Assembly: GCA_008932965.1 (NCBI GenBank)
Contig: WBXG01000011.1
Coordinates: 3,877-35,876 of the forward strand
Length of the DNA: 32,000 nt
DNA from: Verrucomicrobiota bacterium
GTDB lineage: Bacteria; Verrucomicrobiota; Verrucomicrobiia; Chthoniobacterales; UBA6821
Direction: 5' to 3'
The translations under genes were made by a program, and so were the position numbers. This document shows, one piece after another, positions 24,875-32,000 of this stretch (position 1 is the stretch's first letter; each line of letters starts with the position of its first letter). The notes under the pieces are model-generated. The model was not told the DNA's origin. It did no database searches and saw only the letters and a list, made by a program, of their open reading frames with translations.

Positions 24875-27076
24875 ATGATTGTACAAAGAGAAGAGACAGC
24901 TTCCCATCGTCAGATCTTGATTTTAAGCAGTATTGCTATTGCTGTTTTTGCCATTTTAATACTCAGGCTTTCATATCTTCAGGTCATTCGTGGCAATCAG
25001 TACAAAGCAAAAATTAAAGGTAATTCTGAATTAACTGTTCGTATTCCTGCAGTGAGAGGAGAAATTTTTGATCGCAATGGAATCCCTCTTGTAGAAAATC
25101 GGGCTAGCCTTCAAGTAGATCTCTATTTGCCAGATATTGTTAAAGCTTACAAAGAAAATGAAGGAACCGTTCCAGTGATTACCTATCGGGCCTTCGACCA
25201 TGGAATGCCTATTAATAAGGAAGAAGCGGACATCGTTCAAATTGTTCAGACATCTGTAATTCCTCGTCTCGAAAAATTAGGCTTAGCCGGGGATTACAAC
25301 ACGCGAAAATTACAGCTTCAATATCGTAACAACAAAGAAGTCCCATTTTCATATCGAAAAGATCTCGATTTTGAAACGATGGCACGCTTTTGTGAAAATA
25401 GCCTCAATTTACCGGGAGTGAATGTCACACTAACGCCAGTAAGAAATTATGTTTATGGCGCCCTTGCTGCTCATCTTTTTGGCTACGTGGGATGGCCTAC
25501 AGAAATTGATCCTAAGGAAGCTAGTCAGTTTAATTTTTATGAGCCTGATGTGGTGGGTAAAGCACAGATTGAATTGGCTTATGATACCGTGTTACGAGGA
25601 ACACCTGGTCAACGCATTTTACAGCGTAATGCTCACGGAGGTATCGAAAAAGAAGAGGAGCAGATCAAGCCCAAGCAGGGGGCTAATGTTTATTTGACCA
25701 TTGATGCACGGATTCAATATATCGCAGAGCAAGCATTACGCGTTGTCGGAAGAGGGGCCATCGTGGTGCTCAATCCCAATAATGGAGATGTTTTAGCAAT
25801 GGCTTCTGTCCCATCCTTTGATCCCAATAAATTTGTTCCCACGATTTCTAAAAAAGATTGGGAATCCCTTGTTCATGATGAAACAGATCCTTTAACGAAC
25901 CGTGCTTTGAGTTCTTATGCTCCTGGTTCTATTTTCAAACTTTGCACTTCCTTGGCTGGCATTCGTGCCGGGATTGGAGATCGCGAATTTACCTGTACTG
26001 GAGGGGTCCAGTATGGCGACAAATTTATGAAATGCTGGGTCTTAACTGCGAAGCCACCGCTCCCCCCCCATGGAAAGCTTCATCTCAGCGATGCTATAAA
26101 AAAATCATGTAATGCCTTTTTTTATCAATATGGAAATGCTGCTGGAATTGATCAAATTGACTCTGTGGGAAAAATGCTAGGCCTTGGACAAAAAACAGGC
26201 TTACCTCTTAATAACGAAGCACCAGGAGTCTTGCCAGGACCGGAGTGGTTAGCCGCTAATGCTCCTCAAGAGCGTTGGAGCGCAGGTTACACGGCCAACG
26301 TTGCCATTGGTCAAGGTTTTGTACTAACAACACCTATACAGATGGGTCTTGTAGGTTCTACAGTAGCCAATGGTGGAATTTACTATCAACCCCGACTTGT
26401 AAAAAAAGTAGTCGCTCAAGATGGGATGATCCTTTCGGAAGAACCTACAAAAATTCGAAGTGATTTAAAAAAGGAGGGAGGTTTCACCGATAATCAAATT
26501 CAACAAGTGCGTCTCGGCATGTGGAAAGTAGTCAACGAAGATGGTGGGACCGCTCGAAAAGCACGCCTGGAAAAGAATATTGTAGCAGGGAAAACGGGAA
26601 CTGCTCAATTTTGGCGAGGCCGTAGCAAAGATAATCATACCTGGTTCATAGGATTTGCCCCTTATGAACATCCTAAGTATGTTGTCATAGTGCTTGTACA
26701 AGGTGCTAAATCTGGAGGAGCTGTGGCAGCTCCCCTTGCATCTAAAGTTTTACAAGAAATCTTTGCTATGGAAGCAGGAAAAGAGGTCAAGCTTACCCCG
26801 TTAAAGCCTGCTGTTGGAAATTTCAAGCATATCTCGAGTATTGATTTTTCAAATGCAACACCCTGCTCCTATGGTCCTGATATTGAACCCGGAGATTCTC
26901 CAGTAGACGCTTCTCCAAGATCTGGCTCCTCCTCTCGGGAGAATATGCCAACTCCTGACATCAGCGAAGATGCTGATGCACGAGGTCATGTCAAAAACAA
27001 ACAACAAAATCAAGGTGGCCTTCAAAAATTTTTCAATTTTCTGGGGGGAGGCCGATCCGCTGCTCCCAAAAATTAG
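24875..27076 (+). CDS. mrdA: Penicillin-binding protein 2 (elongasome transpeptidase) with a low-complexity C-terminal extension
   Basis: N-terminal anchor, then RGEIFDRNG. Transpeptidase motifs SIFK (SxxK), SCN (SxN) and KTGTAQ (KTG). About 100 extra Ser/Pro/Asp-rich residues follow the transpeptidase domain. Confidence 0.9.
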   Translation: MIVQREETASHRQILILSSIAIAVFAILILRLSYLQVIRGNQYKAKIKGNSELTVRIPAVRGEIFDRNGIPLVENRASLQVDLYLPDIVKAYKENEGTVPVITYRAFDHGMPINKEEADIVQIVQTSVIPRLEKLGLAGDYNTRKLQLQYRNNKEVPFSYRKDLDFETMARFCENSLNLPGVNVTLTPVRNYVYGALAAHLFGYVGWPTEIDPKEASQFNFYEPDVVGKAQIELAYDTVLRGTPGQRILQRNAHGGIEKEEEQIKPKQGANVYLTIDARIQYIAEQALRVVGRGAIVVLNPNNGDVLAMASVPSFDPNKFVPTISKKDWESLVHDETDPLTNRALSSYAPGSIFKLCTSLAGIRAGIGDREFTCTGGVQYGDKFMKCWVLTAKPPLPPHGKLHLSDAIKKSCNAFFYQYGNAAGIDQIDSVGKMLGLGQKTGLPLNNEAPGVLPGPEWLAANAPQERWSAGYTANVAIGQGFVLTTPIQMGLVGSTVANGGIYYQPRLVKKVVAQDGMILSEEPTKIRSDLKKEGGFTDNQIQQVRLGMWKVVNEDGGTARKARLEKNIVAGKTGTAQFWRGRSKDNHTWFIGFAPYEHPKYVVIVLVQGAKSGGAVAAPLASKVLQEIFAMEAGKEVKLTPLKPAVGNFKHISSIDFSNATPCSYGPDIEPGDSPVDASPRSGSSSRENMPTPDISEDADARGHVKNKQQNQGGLQKFFNFLGGGRSAAPKN

Positions 27077-27080
27077 AGCG

Positions 27081-27264
27081 TTAACCCGCATATTTCATAC
27101 CGATCTATTACGGCTTGTGGAAAGCTCATGATTACTGCGTTGGTCTCGAATTGTGATTTGGGCGGTATGTACTCATACAGCGGTCGTCGCAATCCATCAC
27201 CTTCCATGTCATCATCAGAATTCGCTGCGCTTCGTGACGAACCAGTATGAAATAGGCAGGCTAA
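27081..27264. repeat. MITE-like palindromic element, 184 bp, near-consensus ends (copy H)
   Basis: TTAA-CCCGCATATTTCATACCGATC at the left end and ACCAGTATGAAATAGGCAGG-CTAA at the right. It starts 4 nt after the mrdA stop codon. Internal blocks CTGCGTTGGTCTCGAATTG and GGCGGTATGTACTCATACAGCGGTCGTCGCAATCCATCACCTTC are shared with copy L. Confidence 0.9.
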
Positions 27265-27414
27265 AAGATTCATTTCCGCTTTTTCTCAAAAACAGTTCAC
27301 TTTAAAAGAAACTCAAGTTACCATAAAGAACTCGTTTGGAAAGAGCTCACCGGAAGATGTACAGCATTCCAAATTTTAAGAATCTCAAAATTTTTCACTT
27401 TTAACCGCTGTCTG

Positions 27415-29013
27415 ATGACAGCCCCTACTACTTTGAATATTATCGATACTGTAAAACGTTTTTTAGGCGTTAAGAAAAATGGGCCCAGAGTTAAACTCAT
27501 TATTAGTTCTGAAAAGCTCGAGACAAGGGTCGCACTCATGGAAGATGGTCTGCTTGAAGAGTACTCGATAGAACGTGATAGCGACCGAAATATCGTAGCC
27601 GGTATTTTTAAAGGAAAAGTTCGCAATATTGAGCATGGATTGAAAGCCATGTTTGTGGATATTGGTTTTGAAAAAAATGCCTTCTTGCATTTTTGGGATG
27701 CTGTGCCGGCAGCCCTTGACAGTGGTATTGAAGCTGTCCATCGCGGTAAAAACCAACAGGCTAAGAAAAAAATTACAGCTAAAGATATTCCATCCATTTA
27801 TCCAATTGGATCAGAGGTGATGGTTCAGGTGACAAAAGGCCCTATTGGAACCAAAGGACCACGTGTCACCACCAATATCAGTCTTGCTGGGCGCTACATG
27901 GTGCTTATGCCATTTAATGATCAATGTGGTATTTCACGCAAAATTGAAGACCCTAAAGAGCGCTTACGCCTTCGTGATATTCTCACCAACTTAGAATTAC
28001 CAGAGGGTATGGGGATTATTATTAGAACAGCGGGAGAGGGACAGCGGGCACGTTTCTTTGTACGTGATCTCCATTTTTTACTCGATCAATGGGGTTGTGT
28101 GGAGGAGGGGATGAAAACAAAACCAGCTGCAAGTACGTTGATGCTGGAGCCAGATTTGATTGCCCGTACAGTACGTGATTTTCTTACAGATACCGTTGAT
28201 GAGGTTAATATTGATGACCTTGGTGAGGCAGAGAGGATGCAATCACTTGTGGCACCTATTTCAAAACGTGCTCGCAAGCTAATTCATTATTATAGCGGGG
28301 CAAAACCAATTTTTGATCATTTTGGAGTTCAAGAGCAGATTGATAAAGCCTTTCTGCGCCAGGTTTGGCTTCCCTGCGGAGGATACCTTGTCATTGATGA
28401 AACTGAAGCGATGATCACCGTCGATGTCAATACCGGTCGTAACAAAGGAAGCAAAGATATGGAAAAAACGTTGCTTCAAACAAATCTTGAAGCCGTTGAT
28501 GAAATTGCTCGTCAACTTCGACTCCGAAATATTGGAGGGCTTATTGTCTGTGATTTTATCGATATGAAAAGCCGGAAAGATCAGCAGGCGGTCTATCAAC
28601 GTATGAAGGAACGACTCAGGCGTGATAAGGCTCGCACCCATGTCTTGCCGATCTCTGCATTGGGGCTGATGGAAATGACCCGCCAGCGTGCTCAGGAGAG
28701 TATTTCAAGCACCCGCTACACCCATTGTCCTTATTGTGGAGGCAAAGGTATTATTAAAAGTATGATGACCATGAGTGTAGAATTACAACGTGCCCTTCAC
28801 ACCTTAATGAAGCGTCATCAAGATGATATTCATGAATTTAAAGTTACTGTTCATCCTGAGTTGCTCCATCGTTTGCGTCATGAAGATGATGAGCTCCTAG
28901 CCGATATACAACGTCGTTATGCCGCTTGCTTAACATTCCGTGCCGATCCTGCTATTCATCTAGAGAAATTTGTCATAACGAACGCTGTTACGAGCGAAGA
29001 ACTAACAGTGTAA
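27415..29013 (+). CDS. rng: Ribonuclease G/E family endoribonuclease
   Basis: S1 domain (IVAGIFKGKVRNIEHGLKAMFVDIGFEKNAFLH). Catalytic blocks (LVIDETEAMITVDVNTG, GGLIVCDFIDM). Zn-link CPYCGGKG. It lies downstream of the mre genes, as in enterobacterial mreBCD-...-rng. Confidence 0.9.
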   Translation: MTAPTTLNIIDTVKRFLGVKKNGPRVKLIISSEKLETRVALMEDGLLEEYSIERDSDRNIVAGIFKGKVRNIEHGLKAMFVDIGFEKNAFLHFWDAVPAALDSGIEAVHRGKNQQAKKKITAKDIPSIYPIGSEVMVQVTKGPIGTKGPRVTTNISLAGRYMVLMPFNDQCGISRKIEDPKERLRLRDILTNLELPEGMGIIIRTAGEGQRARFFVRDLHFLLDQWGCVEEGMKTKPAASTLMLEPDLIARTVRDFLTDTVDEVNIDDLGEAERMQSLVAPISKRARKLIHYYSGAKPIFDHFGVQEQIDKAFLRQVWLPCGGYLVIDETEAMITVDVNTGRNKGSKDMEKTLLQTNLEAVDEIARQLRLRNIGGLIVCDFIDMKSRKDQQAVYQRMKERLRRDKARTHVLPISALGLMEMTRQRAQESISSTRYTHCPYCGGKGIIKSMMTMSVELQRALHTLMKRHQDDIHEFKVTVHPELLHRLRHEDDELLADIQRRYAACLTFRADPAIHLEKFVITNAVTSEELTV

Positions 29014-29039
29014 CGATCATGATGAAATATTCGGGTTAT
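29011..29039. repeat. 29-bp right-end stub of the MITE-like element
   Basis: TAA-CGATCATGATGAAATATTCGGG-TTAT matches the family right end (ACGATCAGTATGAAATATGCGGG-TTAA). It begins with the rng stop codon. Confidence 0.5.
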
Positions 29040-29067
29040 AATAGTCTCCCTTATTATTAGTGATACG

Positions 29068-29937
29068 ATGAAATTCTCACTAGCATCTAATCTGATCCTC
29101 TCTTCCTCAGAGTGGCAAATGATCATTTGTATGGGTGCAAGTCTCTGGCTTCTTTTTGAAGTATGGAGAGGATGGCAGCTCGGTTTTTTTCGAGGATTAT
29201 TAAAATTTCTGGCACTTATTGTAGCTTGGTTTGCAGGTTCAACAATAGTTGCAACACTGAGCACGCTATTTATTTTTTTATTTCACACTTCATCCTCACT
29301 GATTTCCTCAGTGGTTGGAGTTTCGGTAGGAATCATTATTTATTTCATTGTAAATTTCTTATCGGCGCTCCTTTTCAAAAAAACAAATCATTACCGAGGC
29401 TTTCTTCGAGGCCTCTTTGGAATTGGTGGAGCTTGTTGGGGGTTGTTGTTTGGTCTCTTTTTTATTTGGGGAACTATTTCTCTCATACGCAGCTTAGGTC
29501 TTGTTGGGGAGATGCGACTTTTGAAAGCGGAGCAACAAGGGCTTCCAGCGGTGAGTGACCCATTAGCCTGCAACCTCGTACGTATTAAAAAATCAATAGA
29601 GCTTGGCCCGCTCGGAGTCTGGTTTGTTCAAGTAGATCCGCTGACCTCTGCATTCTATGCAAACACAAAAAAAAGCATGATTCTACTTCAGGATCATGAT
29701 GCCTTTATTCGTTTTATGAATGCTCCAAACACACAGGAGCTTTTAGCTCAACCTCTCATGAAAAAAATGATCAATGATCCTCAGGTTCAACAAGCTATTT
29801 CTTCGGGAAATCTTTTTCAACTTGTCAAAAATAAAAATGTACAGCAAGCCTTGAGTGATCCAACCCTGTGGAAGCAATTAAAATCCTTTGATCTCTCTAC
29901 CGTCCTGAATCAGGCCTGTAAACAAGGTGAAGAGTAA
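29068..29937 (+). CDS. cvpA: CvpA-family membrane protein with an extended soluble C-terminal region
   Basis: N-terminal pattern LWLLFEVWRGWQLGFFRGLLKFLALIVAWFAG, followed by three or four further TM helices, is CvpA-like. The C-terminal 140 aa or so are hydrophilic. Confidence 0.6.
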   Translation: MKFSLASNLILSSSEWQMIICMGASLWLLFEVWRGWQLGFFRGLLKFLALIVAWFAGSTIVATLSTLFIFLFHTSSSLISSVVGVSVGIIIYFIVNFLSALLFKKTNHYRGFLRGLFGIGGACWGLLFGLFFIWGTISLIRSLGLVGEMRLLKAEQQGLPAVSDPLACNLVRIKKSIELGPLGVWFVQVDPLTSAFYANTKKSMILLQDHDAFIRFMNAPNTQELLAQPLMKKMINDPQVQQAISSGNLFQLVKNKNVQQALSDPTLWKQLKSFDLSTVLNQACKQGEE

Positions 29938-29980
29938 TGGGTAATGGGTAATGGGTAATGGGTAATGGGTAATGGGTAAT
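29935..29980. repeat. Heptanucleotide microsatellite (TAATGGG) x 6 plus a partial unit
   Basis: Perfect tandem TAATGGG units at 29935-29976 followed by TAAT. The first unit contains the cvpA stop codon. The array ends 95 bp upstream of the gatB start. Confidence 0.9.
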
Positions 29981-29991
29981 ATTCGGGCTAG
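29978..29991. repeat. Possible MITE right-end fragment abutting the heptamer array
   Basis: AATATTCGGG-CTAG is the same as the last 10 nt plus flank of the family right end (compare AATATTCGGG-TTA at 29026-29038). It is a short match, so support is weak. Confidence 0.3.
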
Positions 29992-30074
29992 ACTCAAAGA
30001 CGATTGCTAATTACCGTGATGCTTCCTAAATTTGTTGTGCTTATTACAGAAAAGAAAATATTTTTTCAAAATCC

Positions 30075-31568
30075 GTGCATCTAGAAAAAACCCCTCCATA
30101 CCTTGTCACTATTGGGCTTGAAGTGCACGCTCAGCTCAAAACCAAAACAAAAATGTTTTGCTCCTGCCCCGTGGAATATGGAGCTGAGCCCAATACTCAT
30201 CTCTGTCCCGTCTGTTTAGGACATCCAGGGGCTCTTCCTGTTATTAACAATGAGGCGCTTTGCTTGACAACATTAGCTGGCCTGATGCTTTCATGCGACA
30301 TTCCACCTGTCTGTAAGTTTGACCGCAAAAATTATTTTTACCCTGACATGCCCAAAAATTATCAGATTTCACAGTTTGATAAACCGTTGTGTCTCGGTGG
30401 TGCTGTTCCCCTGCATGAGCGGGCTTATCCTAAAGAAATTCAGAAAACCCCATTGGCTGAAGAAAAACAGATTCGTCTTACTCGGATCCATCTTGAAGAA
30501 GATGTTGCTAAAAGTTTTCATTTCGAGTCAACCAGCGGTATTGATTTTAATCGTGCTGGAACTCCCCTTATTGAAATCGTCTCTGAACCCGATATCACTT
30601 CACCAGAAGAAGCTTTTGCTTACCTAACGGCCCTCCGCCAAATTTTAATTTATGGTAATATCAGTGATGCTGATATGGAAAAAGGGCAGATGCGTTGTGA
30701 TGTGAATGTCTCCATACGCCCTCTGGATCAAAAAGAATTTGGGACAAAAATCGAATTAAAGAATCTGAATAGTATTAGTGGTGTCCGTCGTGCTTTAACC
30801 TATGAGATTGAGCGTCAGAGAGGCCTTCTTTCACAGGGAGAAAAGCTCTCTCAAGAAACACGCCGTTGGGACGATGATCGTGGTGAAACAACATTGATGC
30901 GTATGAAAGAATCAGCACATGACTACCGCTATTTTCCAGATCCTGACTTACTTCCTATTCATACCGAAGAGCTAGTTAGCATAGCAAAAAAAAGAATGCC
31001 TGAGTTGCCACAAGTAAAGTGTGCGCGCCTGATCAATGAGTGCGAATTAAGTCCCTATGATGCCGCAGTTCTTACCGAGGATCATGCTCTTGTAAACTAC
31101 TTTGAAGAAGCCATGCGTCTCTCCTCTCAAAAAGTCCGTCCTAAGATTCTTGCAAATTGGATTATCAATGATCTTTTGAGTGCTTTAGGGACGGCCTCCC
31201 TAAGTGTTAAGGAATCACCCATTACTCCGGAAGCCCTTGTGGAGTTGACTTCGTTGATTGAGCAAGGAGCTATTAGCGGGCGTCAAGGAAAAGAGGTTTT
31301 TGCAGAAATGATGAGCAGTCAAAAAAGCCCATCCTCGATCGTTGAGGAAAAAGGTTTACAACAAGTCAGTGATAGTGGTGCTATTGAAGGCTTCTGCGAC
31401 AGCGTTATTGAAGCAAATCCATCAGTGGTCGCAGATTTCAAAGCAGGTAAGGAGGCAGCCTTGAATTTTCTCAAAGGACAGGTCATGAAACTTTCTAAAG
31501 GCAAAGCAAATCCTGCGCTTGCTGGAGAAATCTTGTTAACCCGGATATTGCATACTGATGGTGATTAG
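30075..31568 (+). CDS. gatB: Aspartyl/glutamyl-tRNA(Asn/Gln) amidotransferase subunit B
   Basis: GTG start. IGLEVHAQLKTKTKMFCSC, CPVCLGHPGALPV, NYFYPDMPKNYQISQ, RIHLEEDVAKS, RCDVNVS, DYRYFPDPDL, and the C-terminal GatB/YqeY domain (FLKGQVMKLSKGKANP). Confidence 0.95.
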   Translation: MHLEKTPPYLVTIGLEVHAQLKTKTKMFCSCPVEYGAEPNTHLCPVCLGHPGALPVINNEALCLTTLAGLMLSCDIPPVCKFDRKNYFYPDMPKNYQISQFDKPLCLGGAVPLHERAYPKEIQKTPLAEEKQIRLTRIHLEEDVAKSFHFESTSGIDFNRAGTPLIEIVSEPDITSPEEAFAYLTALRQILIYGNISDADMEKGQMRCDVNVSIRPLDQKEFGTKIELKNLNSISGVRRALTYEIERQRGLLSQGEKLSQETRRWDDDRGETTLMRMKESAHDYRYFPDPDLLPIHTEELVSIAKKRMPELPQVKCARLINECELSPYDAAVLTEDHALVNYFEEAMRLSSQKVRPKILANWIINDLLSALGTASLSVKESPITPEALVELTSLIEQGAISGRQGKEVFAEMMSSQKSPSSIVEEKGLQQVSDSGAIEGFCDSVIEANPSVVADFKAGKEAALNFLKGQVMKLSKGKANPALAGEILLTRILHTDGD

Positions 31569-31692
31569 AAAGCCAAGAAAGTTGATGGGGTACCACCGGC
31601 AGTCCGAAGACCGCGGTCTCCCGACCGCCGGTAGTGTATGCATCAGGATTCGCTGCGCCTCACAACGAATCAGTATGAAATATGCGGGCTAG
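31536..31692. repeat. MITE-like palindromic element, 157-bp variant with a GC-rich module (copy K)
   Basis: TTAA-CCCGGATATTGCATACTGAT at the left end and GAATCAGTATGAAATATGCGGG-CTAG at the right. The interior contains ACCGCGGTCTCCCGACCGCCGGT, identical to 3234-3256. The left 33 bp form the last codons and stop codon of gatB. Confidence 0.85.
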
Positions 31693-31828
31693 CTTGAATC
31701 GTTTCCTGAAAAAGAGCATTCGATTTTATTTTGCAGTAAGAGGAAAATTTTCTCATTCCCAAAAAAAGAGCCACACTCAGAATCAGAACTGTAAAAAAAA
31801 CGATCAATAGGGAGTTGATTTTCTTCAT
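31670..31828 (-). CDS. Hypothetical 52-aa membrane peptide (weak call)
   Basis: My own translation gives ATG at 31828 and MKKINSLLIVFFTVLILSVALFLGMRKFSSYCKIKSNALFQETIQASPHISY, with the stop inside the right end of copy K. There is one clear hydrophobic helix but no obvious Shine-Dalgarno sequence. It is below the ORF-track size cutoff. Confidence 0.25.
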   Translation of the reverse strand: MKKINSLLIVFFTVLILSVALFLGMRKFSSYCKIKSNALFQETIQASPHISY

Positions 31829-31840
31829 GATTGTTGGAGG

Positions 31841-32000
31841 CTAGCCCGCATATTTCATACCGATTCTGCTGCGGCTTGCGAACACCTGATGGATACTGCG
31901 TCAGTCTCGAATTGCTCCTCGGGCAGTATGAAACATACAGCCGTCGTCGCAATCCATCACCTTCGTTGACTCGCTCGCTCCCGCTCGTCTCGCCCTTTCA
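31841..32000. repeat. MITE-like palindromic element, long variant, truncated by the window edge (copy L)
   Basis: CTAG-CCCGCATATTTCATACCGATTC at the left end. The interior parallels copy H (GCGGCTTGCGAA..., GTCTCGAATTG, GGCAGTATGAAACATACAGCCGTCGTCGCAATCCATCACCTTC). It then continues with the 36-mer GTTGACTCGCTCGCTCCCGCTCGTCTCGCCCTTTCA, also found at 3167-3202. Confidence 0.85.

Noticed and set aside
26888-26960. Weak resemblance of the PBP2 tail coding sequence (TTGAACCCGGAGATTC..., GGCTCCTCCTCTCGGGAGAATATGCC) to MITE ends, suggesting a second in-frame insertion
   Set aside because: It could not be aligned convincingly to either the full or the 66-bp copy. The matches are short and out of register. 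I treat it as coincidence unless a profile search says otherwise.
27139-27153. tRNA-like look of the internal GGTCTCGAAT block (reminiscent of a T-arm)
   Set aside because: No acceptor stem, anticodon arm or D-arm can be built around it in any copy. I found no tRNA or rRNA gene anywhere in the window.
27318-27797. 159-aa minus-strand ORF overlapping the rng start region
   Set aside because: It lies antisense to the well-supported S1 domain of RNase G, and its translation has no recognisable features. It is a shadow ORF.
31689-31952. 87-aa minus-strand ORF from the track
   Set aside because: More than a third of it is read through the terminal inverted repeat and interior of MITE copy L. The shorter 52-aa ORF in another frame is a better, though still weak, candidate.
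1-32000. Search for defence systems, toxin-antitoxin pairs, prophage or integrase genes, secretion systems or biosynthetic gene clusters
   Set aside because: Every ORF longer than 150 aa is accounted for by envelope or housekeeping functions. The remaining track ORFs (for example 999-1214, 5507-5755, 22576-22878, 28279-28641, 29163-29558) are nested or antisense within well-supported genes. No such system is supportable here.

Overview
This 32-kb chromosomal segment comes from a moderately AT-rich diderm bacterium. Gene content looks PVC/Verrucomicrobia-like, but that is only a guess without a database search. The coding content is ordinary envelope and housekeeping genes. In order: galE (5' partial), an AsmA-family protein, a LemA/TPM pair, ugd, an FkbH-like HAD-IIIC protein, an fmt/zinc-ribbon/adk operon, a plus-strand run of rhomboid-like protein, GT2, PfkB kinase, WaaQ-like GT9 heptosyltransferase and GT1, a membrane-anchored FGE/SUMF1-domain protein, a minus-strand run of pqiB-like MCE protein, GT9 and a hexapeptide transferase, then mreB-mreC-mreD-mrdA(PBP2)-rng, cvpA and gatB. 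I saw no rRNA, tRNA, CRISPR array, transposase, prophage or recognisable defence genes. The unusual layer is non-coding. A family of about 184-bp MITE-like palindromic elements has ends CCCGCATATTTCATAC...GTATGAAATATGCGGG flanked by TTAA/CTAG. It occurs at 14 or so places and fills nearly every long intergenic spacer. One copy sits in-frame inside the WaaQ-like heptosyltransferase, much like Rickettsia palindromic elements. Several copies abut or supply stop codons and C-terminal residues (gatB, the FGE-domain gene, the hexapeptide transferase, possibly the TPM gene). Long, mini (66 bp) and stub derivatives are also present. Other oddities are a (TAATGGG)6.6 heptanucleotide microsatellite between cvpA and gatB, a 21-bp in-frame tandem duplication, a rhomboid-like protein with non-canonical active-site positions, and a 72-bp convergent overlap ending at an A9 tract. 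All protein calls rest on motif recognition by eye, with no searches run, and repeat boundaries are approximate to a few bp.
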